DNA of 64,000 bases, taken from Eledone cirrhosa. Its lineage: Eukaryota. Each line of letters opens with the position of its first letter. The first letter of the stretch is position 1. The translations under genes were made by a program, and so were the position numbers. The DNA lies in the NCBI GenBank assembly GCA_964016885.1, contig OZ024743.1, positions 136,400,001 through 136,464,000 on the forward strand, read 5' to 3'. The notes beneath the pieces were generated by a model. The model did not search any database and was not told the DNA's origin. It saw only the letters and a list, made by a program, of their open reading frames with translations. Of this stretch, positions 11,271 to 23,200 are shown in pieces.

Positions 11271-14200
11271 GTGCTTGGTGTTTGGTGTTTGGTGCTTGGT
11301 GCTTGGTGTTTGGTGTTTGGAGCTTGGTGCCTGGTGCTTGTTGTTTGGTGTTTGGCGCTTGGTGCTTGGTGTTTGGTGTTTGGTGCATGGTGCTTGGTGC
11401 TTGGTATCTGGTGTTTGGTGCTTGATGTTTGGTGTTTGGTGCTTGGTGTTTGGTGTTTGGTGCTTGGTGCTTGGTGTTTGGTGCTTGGTGTTTGGTGTTT
11501 GGTGTTTGATGCTTGGTGTTTGCTGCTTGGTGCTTGGTGCTTGGTGTTTTGTGTTTGGTGTTTGATGCTGCGTGCTTGGTGTTTGGTGTTTGGTGCGTGG
11601 TGCTTGGTGTTTGGTGTTTGGAGCTTGGTGCCTGGTGCTTGATGTTTGGTGTTTGGTGCTTGGTGTTTGGTGTTTGGTGCTTGGTGCTTGGTGTTTGGTG
11701 CTTGGTGTTTGGTGTTTGGTGATTGATGCTTGGTGTTTGCTGCTTGCTGCTTGCTGCTTGGTGTTTGGTGCTAGGGGCTTGGTGCTTGGTGCTTGGTGTT
11801 TGGTGCTTGGTGCTTGGTGCCTGGTGCTTGGTGCTTGGTACTTGTTGTTTGGTGCTTGGTGCTTGGTGATTAGTGTTTGGTGCTTGGTGCTTGCGGTTTG
11901 GTGTTTGGTGCTTGGGGTTTGGTGTTTGGTGCTTGGTGCTTGGTGTTTGGTGCTTGGTGCTTGGTGCTTGGTGTTTGGTGCTTGGTGTTTGGTGTTTGGT
12001 GCTTGGGGTTTGGTGTTTGGTGCTTGGTGCTTGGTGTTTGGTGCTTGGTGCTTGGTGCTTGGTGCTTGGTGATTAGTGTTTGGTGCTTGGTGCTTGCGGT
12101 TTGGTGTTTGGTGCTTGGGGTTTGGTGCTTGGTCTTTGGTGCTTGGTTTGTGGTGTTTGGTGCTTGGTGCTTGGTGTTTGGTGCTTGGTTCTTGGTGCTT
12201 GGTGCTTGGTGTTTGGTGATTGCTGCTTGGTGCTTGGTGTTTGGTGCTTGGTGCTTGGTGATTAGTGTTTGGTGATTGGTGCTTGGGGTTTGCTGTTTGG
12301 TGCTTGGTGTTTGGTGCTTGGTGCTTGCTGTTTGGTGTTTGGTGTTTGGTGCTTGGTGCTTGGTGCTTGGTGTTTGGTGCTTGTTGCTTGGTGCTTGGTG
12401 TTTGGTGCTGCGTGCTTGGTGTTTGGTGTTTGGTGCTTGGTGCCTGGTGCTTGTTGTTTGGTGCTTAGTGCTTGGTGTTTGGTATTTGGTGCTTGGTGCT
12501 TGGTGGCTGGTGTTTGGTGCTTGTTGCTTGGTGCTTGGTGTTTGGTGCTGCGTGCTTGGTGTTTGGTGTTTGGTGCTTGGTGCCTGGTGCTTGTTGTTTG
12601 GTGCTTAGTGCTTGGTGTTTGGAGTTTGGTGCTTGGTGCTCGGTGCGTGGTGTTTTGTGCTTGGTGCTTGGTGCTTGGTGTTTGGTGTTTGGTGCTTGGT
12701 TCTTGGTGCTTGGTGTTTGGTGTTTGGTGTTTGGTGCTTGGTGCTTGGTGCTTGGTGTTTGGTGCTTGTTGCTTGGTGCTTGGTGTTTGGTGCTGCGTGC
12801 TTGGTGTTTGGTGTTTGGTGCTTGGTGCCTGGTGCTTGTTGTTTGGTGCTTAGTGCTTGGTGTTTGGAGTTTGGTGCTTGGTGCTCGGTGCGTGGTGTTT
12901 CGTGCTTGGTGCTTGGTGCTTGGTGTTTGGTGTTTGGTGCTTGGTGTTTGGTGTTTGGTACTTGGTGCTTGGTGCTTGGTGTTTGGTGCTTGGTGTTTGA
13001 TGCTGCGTGCTTGGTGTTTGGTGTTTGGTGCTTGGTGCTTGGTGTTTGGTGTTTGGAGCTTGGTGCCTGCTGCTTGTTGTTTGGTGTTTGGTGCTTGGTG
13101 CTTGGTGCTTGGTATCTGGTGTTTGGTGCTTGATGTTTGGTGTTTGGTGCTTGGTGCTTGGTGCTTGGTGTTTGGTGTTTGGTGCTTGGTTCTTGGTGTT
13201 TGGTGCTTGGTGTTTGGTGTTTGGTGTTTGATGCTTGGTGTTTGCTGCTTGGTGCTTGGTGCTTGGTGTTTTGTGTTTGGTGCTTGGTGCTTGGGTTTTG
13301 GTGCTTGGTGCTTGGTGATTAGTGTTTGGTGCTTGGTGCTTGCGGTTTGATGTTTGGTGCTTGGGGTTTGGTGTTTGGTGCTTGGTGCTTGGTGTTTGGT
13401 GCTTGGTGCTTGGTGCTTGGTGTTTGGTGCTTGGTGCTTGGTGTCTGGTGCTTGGTGCTTGGTGTTTGGTGCTTGGTGTTTGGTGTTTGGTGCTTGGTGC
13501 TTGGTGCTTGGTGTTAGGTGTTTGGTGCTTGGTGCTTGGTGTTTGATGTTTGGTCCTTGGTGCTTGGTGTTTGGTGTTTGTTGCTTGGTGCTTGGTGTTT
13601 GGTGTTTGGTGCTTGCTGCTTGCTGCTTGGTGTTTGGTGCTTGGTGATTGGTGCTTGGTGTTTTGTGCTTGGTGCTTGGTGTTTGGTGTTTGGTGCTAGG
13701 GGCTTGGTGCTTGGTGCTTGGTGTTTGGTGCTTGGTGCTTGCTGTTTGGTGCTTGGTGTTTGGTGATTGGTGTTTGGGGCTTGGTGTTCGGTGCTTGGTG
13801 CTTGGTGCTTGGGGCTTGGTGTTTGGTGTTTGGTGCTTGGTGCTTGGTGTTTGATGTTGGGTCCTTGGTGCTTGGTGTTTGGTGTTTGGTGTTTGGTGTT
13901 TGGTGTTTGGTGCTTGGTGCTTGGTGTTTGGTGTTTGGTGCTTGGTGCTTGGGGCTTGGTGTTTGGTGCTTGGTGCTTGGTGTTTGGTGCTTCTGCTTGG
14001 GGCTTGGTAGTTGGTGCTTGGTGCTTGGTGCCTGGTGTTTGGTGTTTCGTGTTTGGTGCTTGGTGTATGGTGCTTGGTGCTTGGTGCTGGGTGGTTGGTG
14101 TTTGGTGCTTGGTGCTTGGTGTTTGGTGCTTGGTGCTTGGTGCTTGTTGTTTGGTGCTTGGTGCTTGGTGCTTGGTCTTTGGTGCATGGTGTTTGGTGTT

Positions 14201-17200
14201 TGGCGCTTGGTGCTTGGTGCTTCGTGATTGGTGCTTGGTGCTTGGTGTTTGGTGCTTGGTGCTTGGTGATTAGTGTTTGTTGCTTGGTGCTTGGGGTTTG
14301 GTGGTTGGTGCTTGGTGCTTGGTGTTTGGTGTTTGGTGTTTGGTGTTTGGTGTTTGCTGTATGGTGTTTGGTGTTTCGTATTTGGTTTTTGCTGTTTGGT
14401 GTTTGGTGTTTGCTGTTTGGTGTTTGGTGTTTGGTGTTTGGTGCTTGGTGCTTGGTGCTTGGTGTTTGGCGTATGGTGCTTGGTGCTTGGTGTTTGGTGC
14501 TTCGTGCTTGGTGTTTGGTGTTTGGTGCTTGGTGCCTGGTGCTTGTTGTATGGTGTTTGGTGCTTGGTGCTTGGTGTTTGGTGTTTGCTGCTTGGTGTCT
14601 GGTGTTTGGTGCTTGGTGTTTGGTGTTTGGTGCTTGGTGCTTGGTGCTTGGTGTTTGGTGTTTGGTGCTTGGTGCTTGGTGTTTGGTGTTTGGTGCTGGG
14701 TGCATGGAGTTTGGTGCTTGGTGCTTAGTGCTTGGTGTTTGGTGTTTGGTGCTTGGTATTTGGTGTTTGGTGTTTGATGCTTGGTGTGTGGTGCTTGGTG
14801 CTTGGTGTTTTGTGTTTGGTGCTTGGTGCTTGGTGACTGGTGCTTGGTGCTTGGTGCTTGTTGTTTGGTGCTTGGTGCTTGGTGATTAGTGTTTGGTGCT
14901 TGGTGCTTGGTGTTTGGTGCTTGGTGTTTGGTGCTTGGTGCCTGGTGCTTGGTGTTTGGTGTTTGATGCTTGGTGTTTGGTGTTTGGTGTTTGGTACTTG
15001 GTGTTCGGTGCTTGGTGCTTGGTGCTTGGTGCTTGGTGTTTGATGTTTGGTCCTTGGTGCTTGGTGTTTGGTATTTGGTGCTTGGTGCTTGGTGTTTGGT
15101 GCTAGGGTCTTGGTGCTTGGTGTTTGATGTTTGGTCCTTGGTGCTTGGTGTTTGGTATTTGGTGCTTGGTGCTTGGTGTTTGGTGTTTGGTGCTTGCTGC
15201 TTGCTGCTTGGTGTTTGGTGCTAGGGGCTTGGTGTTTGGTGCTTGGTGTTTGGTGCTTGGTGTTTGGTGCTTGGTGCCTGGTGCTTGGTGTTTGGTGTTT
15301 GGTGCTTGGTGTTTGGTGCTTGGTGTTTGGTACTTGGTGTTCGGTGCTTGGTGCTTGGTGCTTGGTGTTTGGTGTTTGGTGCTTGGTGCTTGGTGCTTGG
15401 TGTTTGATGTTTGGTCCTTGGTGCTTGGTGTTTGGTGTTGTGTGCTTGGTGCTTGGTGCTTGGTGTTTGGTCCTTGGTGCTTGGTGTTTGGTGTTGAGTG
15501 CTTGGTGCTTGGTGCTTGGTGTTTGGCGTTTGCTGTTTGCTGTTTGGTGTTTGGTGTTTGCTGTTTGGTGTTTGCTGTTTGGTGTTTGGTGTTTGGTGCT
15601 TGCTGTTTGGTGCTTGGTGCTTGGTGTTTGGTGTTTGGTGCTTGGTGTTTGGTGCTTGGTGCTTGGTGCTGGGTGTTTGGTGCTTGGTGCTTGGTGTTTG
15701 GTGTTTGGTGCTTGGTGCTTGGTGCTTGGTGTTTGGTCCTTGGTGCTTGGTGCTTGGTGTTTGGTGCTTGGGTTTTGGTGTTTGGTGCTTGGTGCTTGGT
15801 GTTTGGTGCTTGGTGCTTGGTGTTTGGTGCTTGGTGTTTGGTGCTTGCTGCTTGGTGCTTGGTGTTTGGTGCTTGGTGCTTGGTGATTAGTGTTTGGTGA
15901 TTGATGCTTGGGGTTTGGTGTTTGGGGCTTGGTGTTTGGTGCTTGGTGCTTGCTGTTTGGTGTTTGGTGTTTGGTTCTTGGTGCTTGGTGTTTGGTGTTT
16001 GGTGTTTGGTGCTTGGTGCTTGGTGCTTGGTGTTTGGTGCTTGGTGCTTGGTGCTTGGTGTTTGGTGCTGCGGGCTTGGTGTTTGGTGTTTGGTGCTTGG
16101 TGCCTGGTGCTTGTTGTTTGGTGTTTGGTGCTTAGTGCTTGGTGTTTGGTGTTTGGTGCTTGGTGCTTGGTGGCTGGTGTTTGGTGCTTGGTGTTTGGAG
16201 TTCGGTGCTTGGTGCTTGGTGCCTGGTGTTTCGTGCTTGGTGCTTGGTGCTTGGTGTTTGGTGTTTGGTGCTTGGTGTTTGGTGTTTGGTACTTGGTGCT
16301 TGGTGCTTGGTGCTTGGTGTTTGGTGCTTGGTGTTTGATGCTGCGTGCTTGGTGTTTGGTGTTTGGTGCTTGGTGCTTGGTGTTTGGTGTTTGGAGCTTG
16401 GTGCCTGGTGCTTGTTGTTTGGTGTTTGGCGCTTGGTGCTTGGTGTTTGGTGTTTGGTGCATGGTGCTTGGTGCTTGGTATCTGGTGTTTGGTGCATGAT
16501 GTTTGGTGTTTGGTGCTTGGTGTTTGGTGTTTGGTGCTTGGTGCTTGGTGTTTGGTGCTTGGTGTTTGGTGTTTGGTGTTTGATGCTTGGTGTTTGCTGC
16601 TTGGTGCTTGGTGCTTGGTGTTTTGTGTTTGGTGTTTGATGCTGCGTGCTTGGTGTTTGGTGTTTGGTGCGTGGTGCTTGGTGTTTGGTGTTTGGAGCTT
16701 GGTGCCTGGTGCTTGATGTTTGGTGTTTGGTGCTTGGTGTTTGGTGTTTGGTGCTTGGTGCTTGGTGTTTGGTGCTTGGTGTTTGGTGTTTGGTGATTGA
16801 TGCTTGGTGTTTGCTGCTTGCTGCTTGCTGCTTGGTGTTTGGTGCTAGGGGCTTGGTGCTTGGTGCTTGGTGTTTGGTGCTTGGTGCTTGGTGCCTGGTG
16901 CTTGGTGCTTGGTACTTGTTGTTTGGTGCTTGGTGCTTGGTGATTAGTGTTTGGTGCTTGGTGCTTGCGGTTTGGTGTTTGGTGCTTGGGGTTTGGTGTT
17001 TGGTGCTTGGTGCTTGGTGTTTGGTGCTTGGTGCTTGGTGCTTGGTGTTTGGTGCTTGGTGTTTGGTGCTTGGTGCTTGGTGTTTGGTGTTTGGCGTTTG
17101 CTGTTTGCTGTTTGGTGTTTGGTGTTTGCTGTTTGGTGTTTGCTGTTTGGTTTTTGGTGTTTGGTGCTTGCTGTTTGGTGCTTGGTGCTTGGTGTTTGGT

Positions 17201-20200
17201 GTTCGGTGCTTGGTGCTTGGTGCTTGGTGTTTGGTGCTTGGTGCTTGGTGCTGGGTGTTTGGTGCTTGGTGCTTGGTGTTTGGTGCTTGGTGCTTGGTGC
17301 TTGGTGTTTGGTCCTTGGTGCATGGTGCTTGGTCTTTGGTGCTTGGTTTGTGGTGTTTGGTGCTTGGTGCTTGGTGTTTGGTGCTTGGTTCTTGGTGCTT
17401 GGTGCTTGGCGTTTGGTGATTGCTGCTTGGTGCTTGGTGTTTGGTGCTTGGTGCTTGGTGATTAGTGTTTGGTGATTGGTGCTTGGGGTTTGCTGTTTGG
17501 TGCTTGGTGTTTGGTGCTTGGTGCTTGCTGTTTGGTGTTTGGTGTTTGGTGCTTGGTGCTTGGTGCTTGGTGTTTGGTGCTTGTTGCTTGGTGCTTGGTG
17601 TTTGGTGCTGCGTGCTTGGTGTTTGGTGTTTGGTGCTTGGTGCCTGGTGCTTGTTGTTTGGTGCTTAGTGCTTGGTGTTTGGTGTTTGGTGCTTGGTGCT
17701 TGGTGGCTGGTGTTTGGTGCTTGTTGCTTGGTGCTTGGTGTTTGGTGCTGCGTGCTTGGTGTTTGGTGTTTGGTGCTTGGTGCCTGGTGCTTGTTGTTTG
17801 GTGCTTAGTGCTTGGTGTTTGGAGTTTGGTGCTTGGTGCTCGGTGCGTGGTGTTTCGTGCTTGGTGCTTGGTGCTTGGTGTTTGGTGTTTGGTGCTTGGT
17901 TCTTGGTGCTTGGTGTTTGGTGTTTGGTGTTTGGTGCTTGGTGCTTGGTGCTTGGTGTTTGGTGCTTGTTGCTTGGTGCTTGGTGTTTGGTGCTGCGTGC
18001 TTGGTGTTTGGTGTTTGGTGCTTGGTGCCTGGTGCTTGTTGTTTGGTGCTTAGTGCTTGGTGTTTGGAGTTTGGTGCTTGGTGCTCGGTGCGTGGTGTTT
18101 CGTGCTTGGTGCTTGGTGCTTGGTGTTTGGTGTTTGGTGCTTGGTGTTTGGTGTTTGGTACTTGGTGCTTGGTGCTTGGTGTTTGGTGCTTGGTGTTTGA
18201 TGCTGCGTGCTTGGTGTTTGGTGTTTGGTGCTTGGTGCTTGGTGTTTGGTGTTTGGAGCTTGGTGCCTGCTGCTTGTTGTTTGGTGTTTGGTGCTTGGTG
18301 CTTGGTGCTTGGTATCTGGTGTTTGGTGCTTGATGTTTGGTGTTTGGTGCTTGGTGCTTGGTGCTTGGTGTTTGGTGTTTGGTGCTTGGTTCTTGGTGTT
18401 TGGTGCTTGGTGTTTGGTGTTTGGTGTTTGATGCTTGGTGTTTGCTGCTTGGTGCTTGGTGCTTGGTGTTTTGTGTTTGGTGCTTGGTGCTTGGGTTTTG
18501 GTGCTTGGTGCTTGGTGATTAGTGTTTGGTGCTTGGTGCTTGCGGTTTGATGTTTGGTGCTTGGGGTTTGGTGTTTGGTGCTTGGTGCTTGGTGTTTGGT
18601 GCTTGGTGCTTGGTGCTTGGTGTTTGGTGCTTGGTGCTTGGTGTCTGGTGCTTGGTGCTTGGTGTTTGGTGCTTGGTGTTTGGTGTTTGGTGCTTGGTGC
18701 TTGGTGCTTGGTGTTAGGTGTTTGGTGCTTGGTGCTTGGTGTTTGATGTTTGGTCCTTGGTGCTTGGTGTTTGGTGTTTGTTGCTTGGTGCTTGGTGTTT
18801 GGTGTTTGGTGCTTGCTGCTTGCTGCTTGGTGTTTGGTGCTTGGTGATTGGTGCTTGGTGTTTTGTGCTTGGTGCTTGGTGTTTGGTGTTTGGTGCTAGG
18901 GGCTTGGTGCTTGGTGCTTGGTGTTTGGTGCTTGGTGCTTGCTGTTTGGTGCTTGGTGTTTGGTGATTGGTGTTTGGGGCTTGGTGTTCGGTGCTTGGTG
19001 CTTGGTGCTTGGGGCTTGGTGTTTGGTGTTTGGTGCTTGGTGCTTGGTGTTTGATGTTGGGTCCTTGGTGCTTGGTGTTTGGTGTTTGGTGTTTGGTGTT
19101 TGGTGTTTGGTGCTTGGTGCTTGGTGTTTGGTGTTTGGTGCTTGGTGCTTGGGGCTTGGTGTTTGGTGCTTGGTGCTTGGTGTTTGGTGCTTCTGCTTGG
19201 GGCTTGGTAGTTGGTGCTTGGTGCTTGGTGCCTGGTGTTTGGTGTTTCGTGTTTGGTGCTTGGTGTATGGTGCTTGGTGCTTGGTGCTGGGTGGTTGGTG
19301 TTTGGTGCTTGGTGCTTGGTGTTTGGTGCTTGGTGCTTGGTGCTTGTTGTTTGGTGCTTGGTGCTTGGTGCTTGGTCTTTGGTGCATGGTGTTTGGTGTT
19401 TGGCGCTTGGTGCTTGGTGCTTCGTGATTGGTGCTTGGTGCTTGGTGTTTGGTGCTTGGTGCTTGGTGATTAGTGTTTGTTGCTTGGTGCTTGGGGTTTG
19501 GTGGTTGGTGCTTGGTGCTTGGTGTTTGGTGTTTGGTGTTTGGTGTTTGGTGTTTGCTGTATGGTGTTTGGTGTTTCGTATTTGGTTTTTGCTGTTTGGT
19601 GTTTGGTGTTTGCTGTTTGGTGTTTGGTGTTTGGTGTTTGGTGCTTGGTGCTTGGTGCTTGGTGTTTGGCGTATGGTGCTTGGTGCTTGGTGTTTGGTGC
19701 TTCGTGCTTGGTGTTTGGTGTTTGGTGCTTGGTGCCTGGTGCTTGTTGTATGGTGTTTGGTGCTTGGTGCTTGGTGTTTGGTGTTTGCTGCTTGGTGTCT
19801 GGTGTTTGGTGCTTGGTGTTTGGTGTTTGGTGCTTGGTGCTTGGTGCTTGGTGTTTGGTGTTTGGTGCTTGGTGCTTGGTGTTTGGTGTTTGGTGCTGGG
19901 TGCATGGAGTTTGGTGCTTGGTGCTTAGTGCTTGGTGTTTGGTGTTTGGTGCTTGGTATTTGGTGTTTGGTGTTTGATGCTTGGTGTGTGGTGCTTGGTG
20001 CTTGGTGTTTTGTGTTTGGTGCTTGGTGCTTGGTGACTGGTGCTTGGTGCTTGGTGCTTGTTGTTTGGTGCTTGGTGCTTGGTGATTAGTGTTTGGTGCT
20101 TGGTGCTTGGTGTTTGGTGCTTGGTGTTTGGTGCTTGGTGCCTGGTGCTTGGTGTTTGGTGTTTGATGCTTGGTGTTTGGTGTTTGGTGTTTGGTACTTG

Positions 20201-20260
20201 GTGTTCGGTGCTTGGTGCTTGGTGCTTGGTGCTTGGTGTTTGATGTTTGGTCCTTGGTGC
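9970..20260 (+). repeat. Tandem duplication of a ~5.1-5.2 kb unit (~9970-15040 and ~15040-20260)
   Basis: ORF offsets are 5,074 (10050/15124 through 11877/16951) and then 5,200 (12265/17465 through 14840/20040), with few substitutions between copies. Confidence 0.9.
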
Positions 20261-23200
20261 TTGGTGTTTGGTGTTGTGTGCTTGGTGCTTGGTGGTTGGT
20301 GTTTGGTGCTTGGTGCTTGGTGCTTGGTGTTTGGTGCTTGGTGTTTGATGTTGCGTGCTTGGTGTTTGGTGTTTGGTGCTTGGTGCTTGGTTTTTGGTGT
20401 TTGGAGCTTGGTGCCTGGTGCTTGTTGTTTGGTGTTTGGCGCTTGGTGCTTGGTGTTTGGTGCTTGGTGCTTGGTGTTTGGTGTTTGGTGCTTGGTGTTT
20501 GGCGCTTGGTGCTTGGTGTTTGGTGCTTGGTGCTTGGGGTTTGGTGTTTGGTGCTTGGGGTTTGGTGTTTGGTGCTTGGTGCATGGTGTTTGGTGCTTGG
20601 TGCTTGGTGTTTGGTGCTTGGTGCTTTGTGTTTGGTGCTTGGTGTTTGGTGATTGGTGCTTGGTGCTTGGTGCTTGGTGTTAGGTGTTTGGTGCTTGGTG
20701 ATTGGTGTTTGATGTTAGGTTCTTGGTGCTTGTTGTTTGGTGTTTGGTGCTTGGTGCTTGGTGTTTGGTGTTTGGTGCTTGCTGCTTGGTGCTTGGTGTT
20801 TTGTGTTTGGAGTTTGGTGCTTGGTGTTTGGTGCTTGGTGCTTGGTGTTTGGTGTTTGGTGCCTGGTGCTTGGTGTTTGGTGCTTGGTGTTTGGTGTTTG
20901 GTGATTGGTGCTTGGTGTTTGGTGCTTGGTGCATGGTGCTTGGTGCTTGGTGTTAGGCGTTTGGTGCTTGGTGCTTGGTGTTTGATGTTTGGTCCTTGGT
21001 GCTTGGTGTTTGGTATTTGGTGCTTGGTGCTTGATGTTTGGTGTTTGGTGCTTGCTGCTTGCTGCTTGGTGTTTGGTGCTAGGGGCTTGGTGCTTGGTGT
21101 TTGATGTTTGGTCCTTGGTGCTTGGTGTTTGGTATTTGGTGCTTGGTGCTTGGTGTTTGGTGTTTGGTGCTTGCTGCTTGCTGCTTGGTGTTTGGTGCTA
21201 GGGGCTTGGTGTTTGGTGCTTGGTGTTTGGTGCTTGGTGTTTGGTGCTTGGTGCCTGGTGATTGGTGTTTGGTGTTTGGTGCTTGGTGTTTGGTGCTTGG
21301 TGTTTGGTACTTGGTGTTCGGTGCTTGGTGCTTGGTGCTTGGTGTTTGGTGTTTGGTGCTTGGTGCTTGGTGCTTGGTGTTTGATGTTTGGTCCTTGGTG
21401 CTTGGTGTTTGGTGTTGTGTGCTTGGTGCTTGGTGCTTGGTGTTTGGTGCTTGGTGCTTGGTGCTTGGTGTTTGGCGTTTGCTGTTTGCTGTTTGGTGTT
21501 TGGTGTTTGCTGTTTGGTGTTTGCTGTTTGGTGTTTGGTGTTTGGTGCTTGCTGTTTGGTGCTTGGTGCTTGGTGTTTGGTGTTTGGTGCTTGGTGTTTG
21601 GTGCTTGGTGCTTGGTGCTGGGTGTTTGGTGCTTGGTGCTTGGTGTTTGGTGCTTGGTGCTTGGTGCTTGGTGTTTGGTCCTTGGTGCTTGGTGCTTGGT
21701 GTTTGGTGCTTGGGTTTTGGTGTTTGGTGCTTGGTGCTTGGTGTTTGGTGCTTGGTGCTTGGTGCTTGGTGCTTGGTGTTTGGTGCTTGCTGCTTGGTGC
21801 TTGGTGTTTGGTGCTTGGTGCTTGGTGATTTGTGTTTGGTGATTGGTGCTTGGGGTTTGGTGTTTGGGGCTTGGTGTTTGGTGCTTGGTGCTTGCTGTTT
21901 GGTGTTTGGTGTTTGGTTCTTAGTGCTTGGTGTTTGGTGTTTGGTGTTTGGTGCTTGGTGCTTGGTGCTTGGTGTTTGGTGCTTGGTGCTTGGTGCTTGG
22001 TGTTTGGTGCTGCGGGCTTGGTGTTTGGTGTTTGGTGCTTGGTGCCTGGTGCTTGTTGTTTGGTGTTTGGTGCTTAGTGCTTGGTGTTTGGTGTTTGGTG
22101 CTTGGTGCTTGGTGGCTGGTGTTTGGTGCTTGGTGTTTGGAGTTCGGTGCTTGGTGCTTGGTGCCTGGTGTTTCGTGCTTGGTGCTTGGTGCTTGGTGTT
22201 TGGTGTTTGGTGCTTGGTGTTTGGTGTTTGGTACTTGGTGCTTGGTGCTTGGTGCTTGGTGTTTGGTGCTTGGTGTTTGATGCTGCGTGCTTGGTGTTTG
22301 GTGTTTGGTGCTTGGTGCTTGGTGTTTGGTGTTTGGAGCTTGGTGCCTGGTGCTTGTTGTTTGGTGTTTGGCGCTTGGTGCTTGGTGTTTGGTGCTTGGT
22401 GCTTGGTGTTTGGTGTTTGGTGCTTGGTGTTTGGCGCTTGGTGCTTGGTGTTTGGTGCTTGGTGCTTGGGGTTTGGTGTTTGGTGCTTGGGGTTTGGTGT
22501 TTGGTGCTTGGTGCATGGTGTTTGGTGCTTGGTGCTTGGTGTTTGGTGCTTGGTGCTTTGTGTTTGGTGCTTGGTGTTTGGTGCTTGGTGCTTGGTGCTT
22601 GGTGCTTGGTGTTAGGTGTTTGGTGCTTGGTGATTGGTGTTTGATGTTAGGTTCTTGGTGCTTGTTGTTTGGTGTTTGGTGCTTGGTGCTTGGTGTTTGG
22701 TGTTTGGTGCTTGCTGCTTGGTGCTTGGTGTTTTGTGTTTGGAGTTTGGTGCTTGGTGTTTGGTGCTTGGTGCTTGGTGTTTGGTGTTTGGTGCCTGGTG
22801 CTTGGTGTTTGGTGCTTGGTGTTTGGTGTTTGGTGATTGGTGCTTGGTGTTTGGTGCTTGGTGCATGGTGCTTGGTGCTTGGTGTTAGGCGTTTGGTGCT
22901 TGGTGCTTGGTGTTTGATGTTTGGTCCTTGGTGCTTGGTGTTTGGTATTTGGTGCTTGGTGCTTGATGTTTGGTGTTTGGTGCTTGCTGCTTGTTGCTTG
23001 GTGTTTGGTGCTAGGGGCTTGGTGCTTGGTGTTTGATGTTTGGTCCTTGGTGCTTGGTGTTTGGTATTTGGTGCTTGGTGCTTGGTGTTTGGTGTTTGGT
23101 GCTTGCTGCTTGCTGCTTGGTGTTTGGTGCTAGGGGCTTGGTGTTTGGTGCTTGGTGTTTGGTGCTTGGTGTTTGGTGCTTGGTGCCTGGTGATTGGTGT

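Noticed and set aside
12465-14705. 746-aa minus-strand mucin-like or RNA polymerase II CTD-like heptad ORF (also at 17665 and 23803)
   Set aside because: The heptad is TKHQAPS, not YSPTSPS. It arises from three 7-bp monomers rather than a 21-bp coding repeat, runs straight through a 1-bp deletion, and has equivalent overlapping frames.
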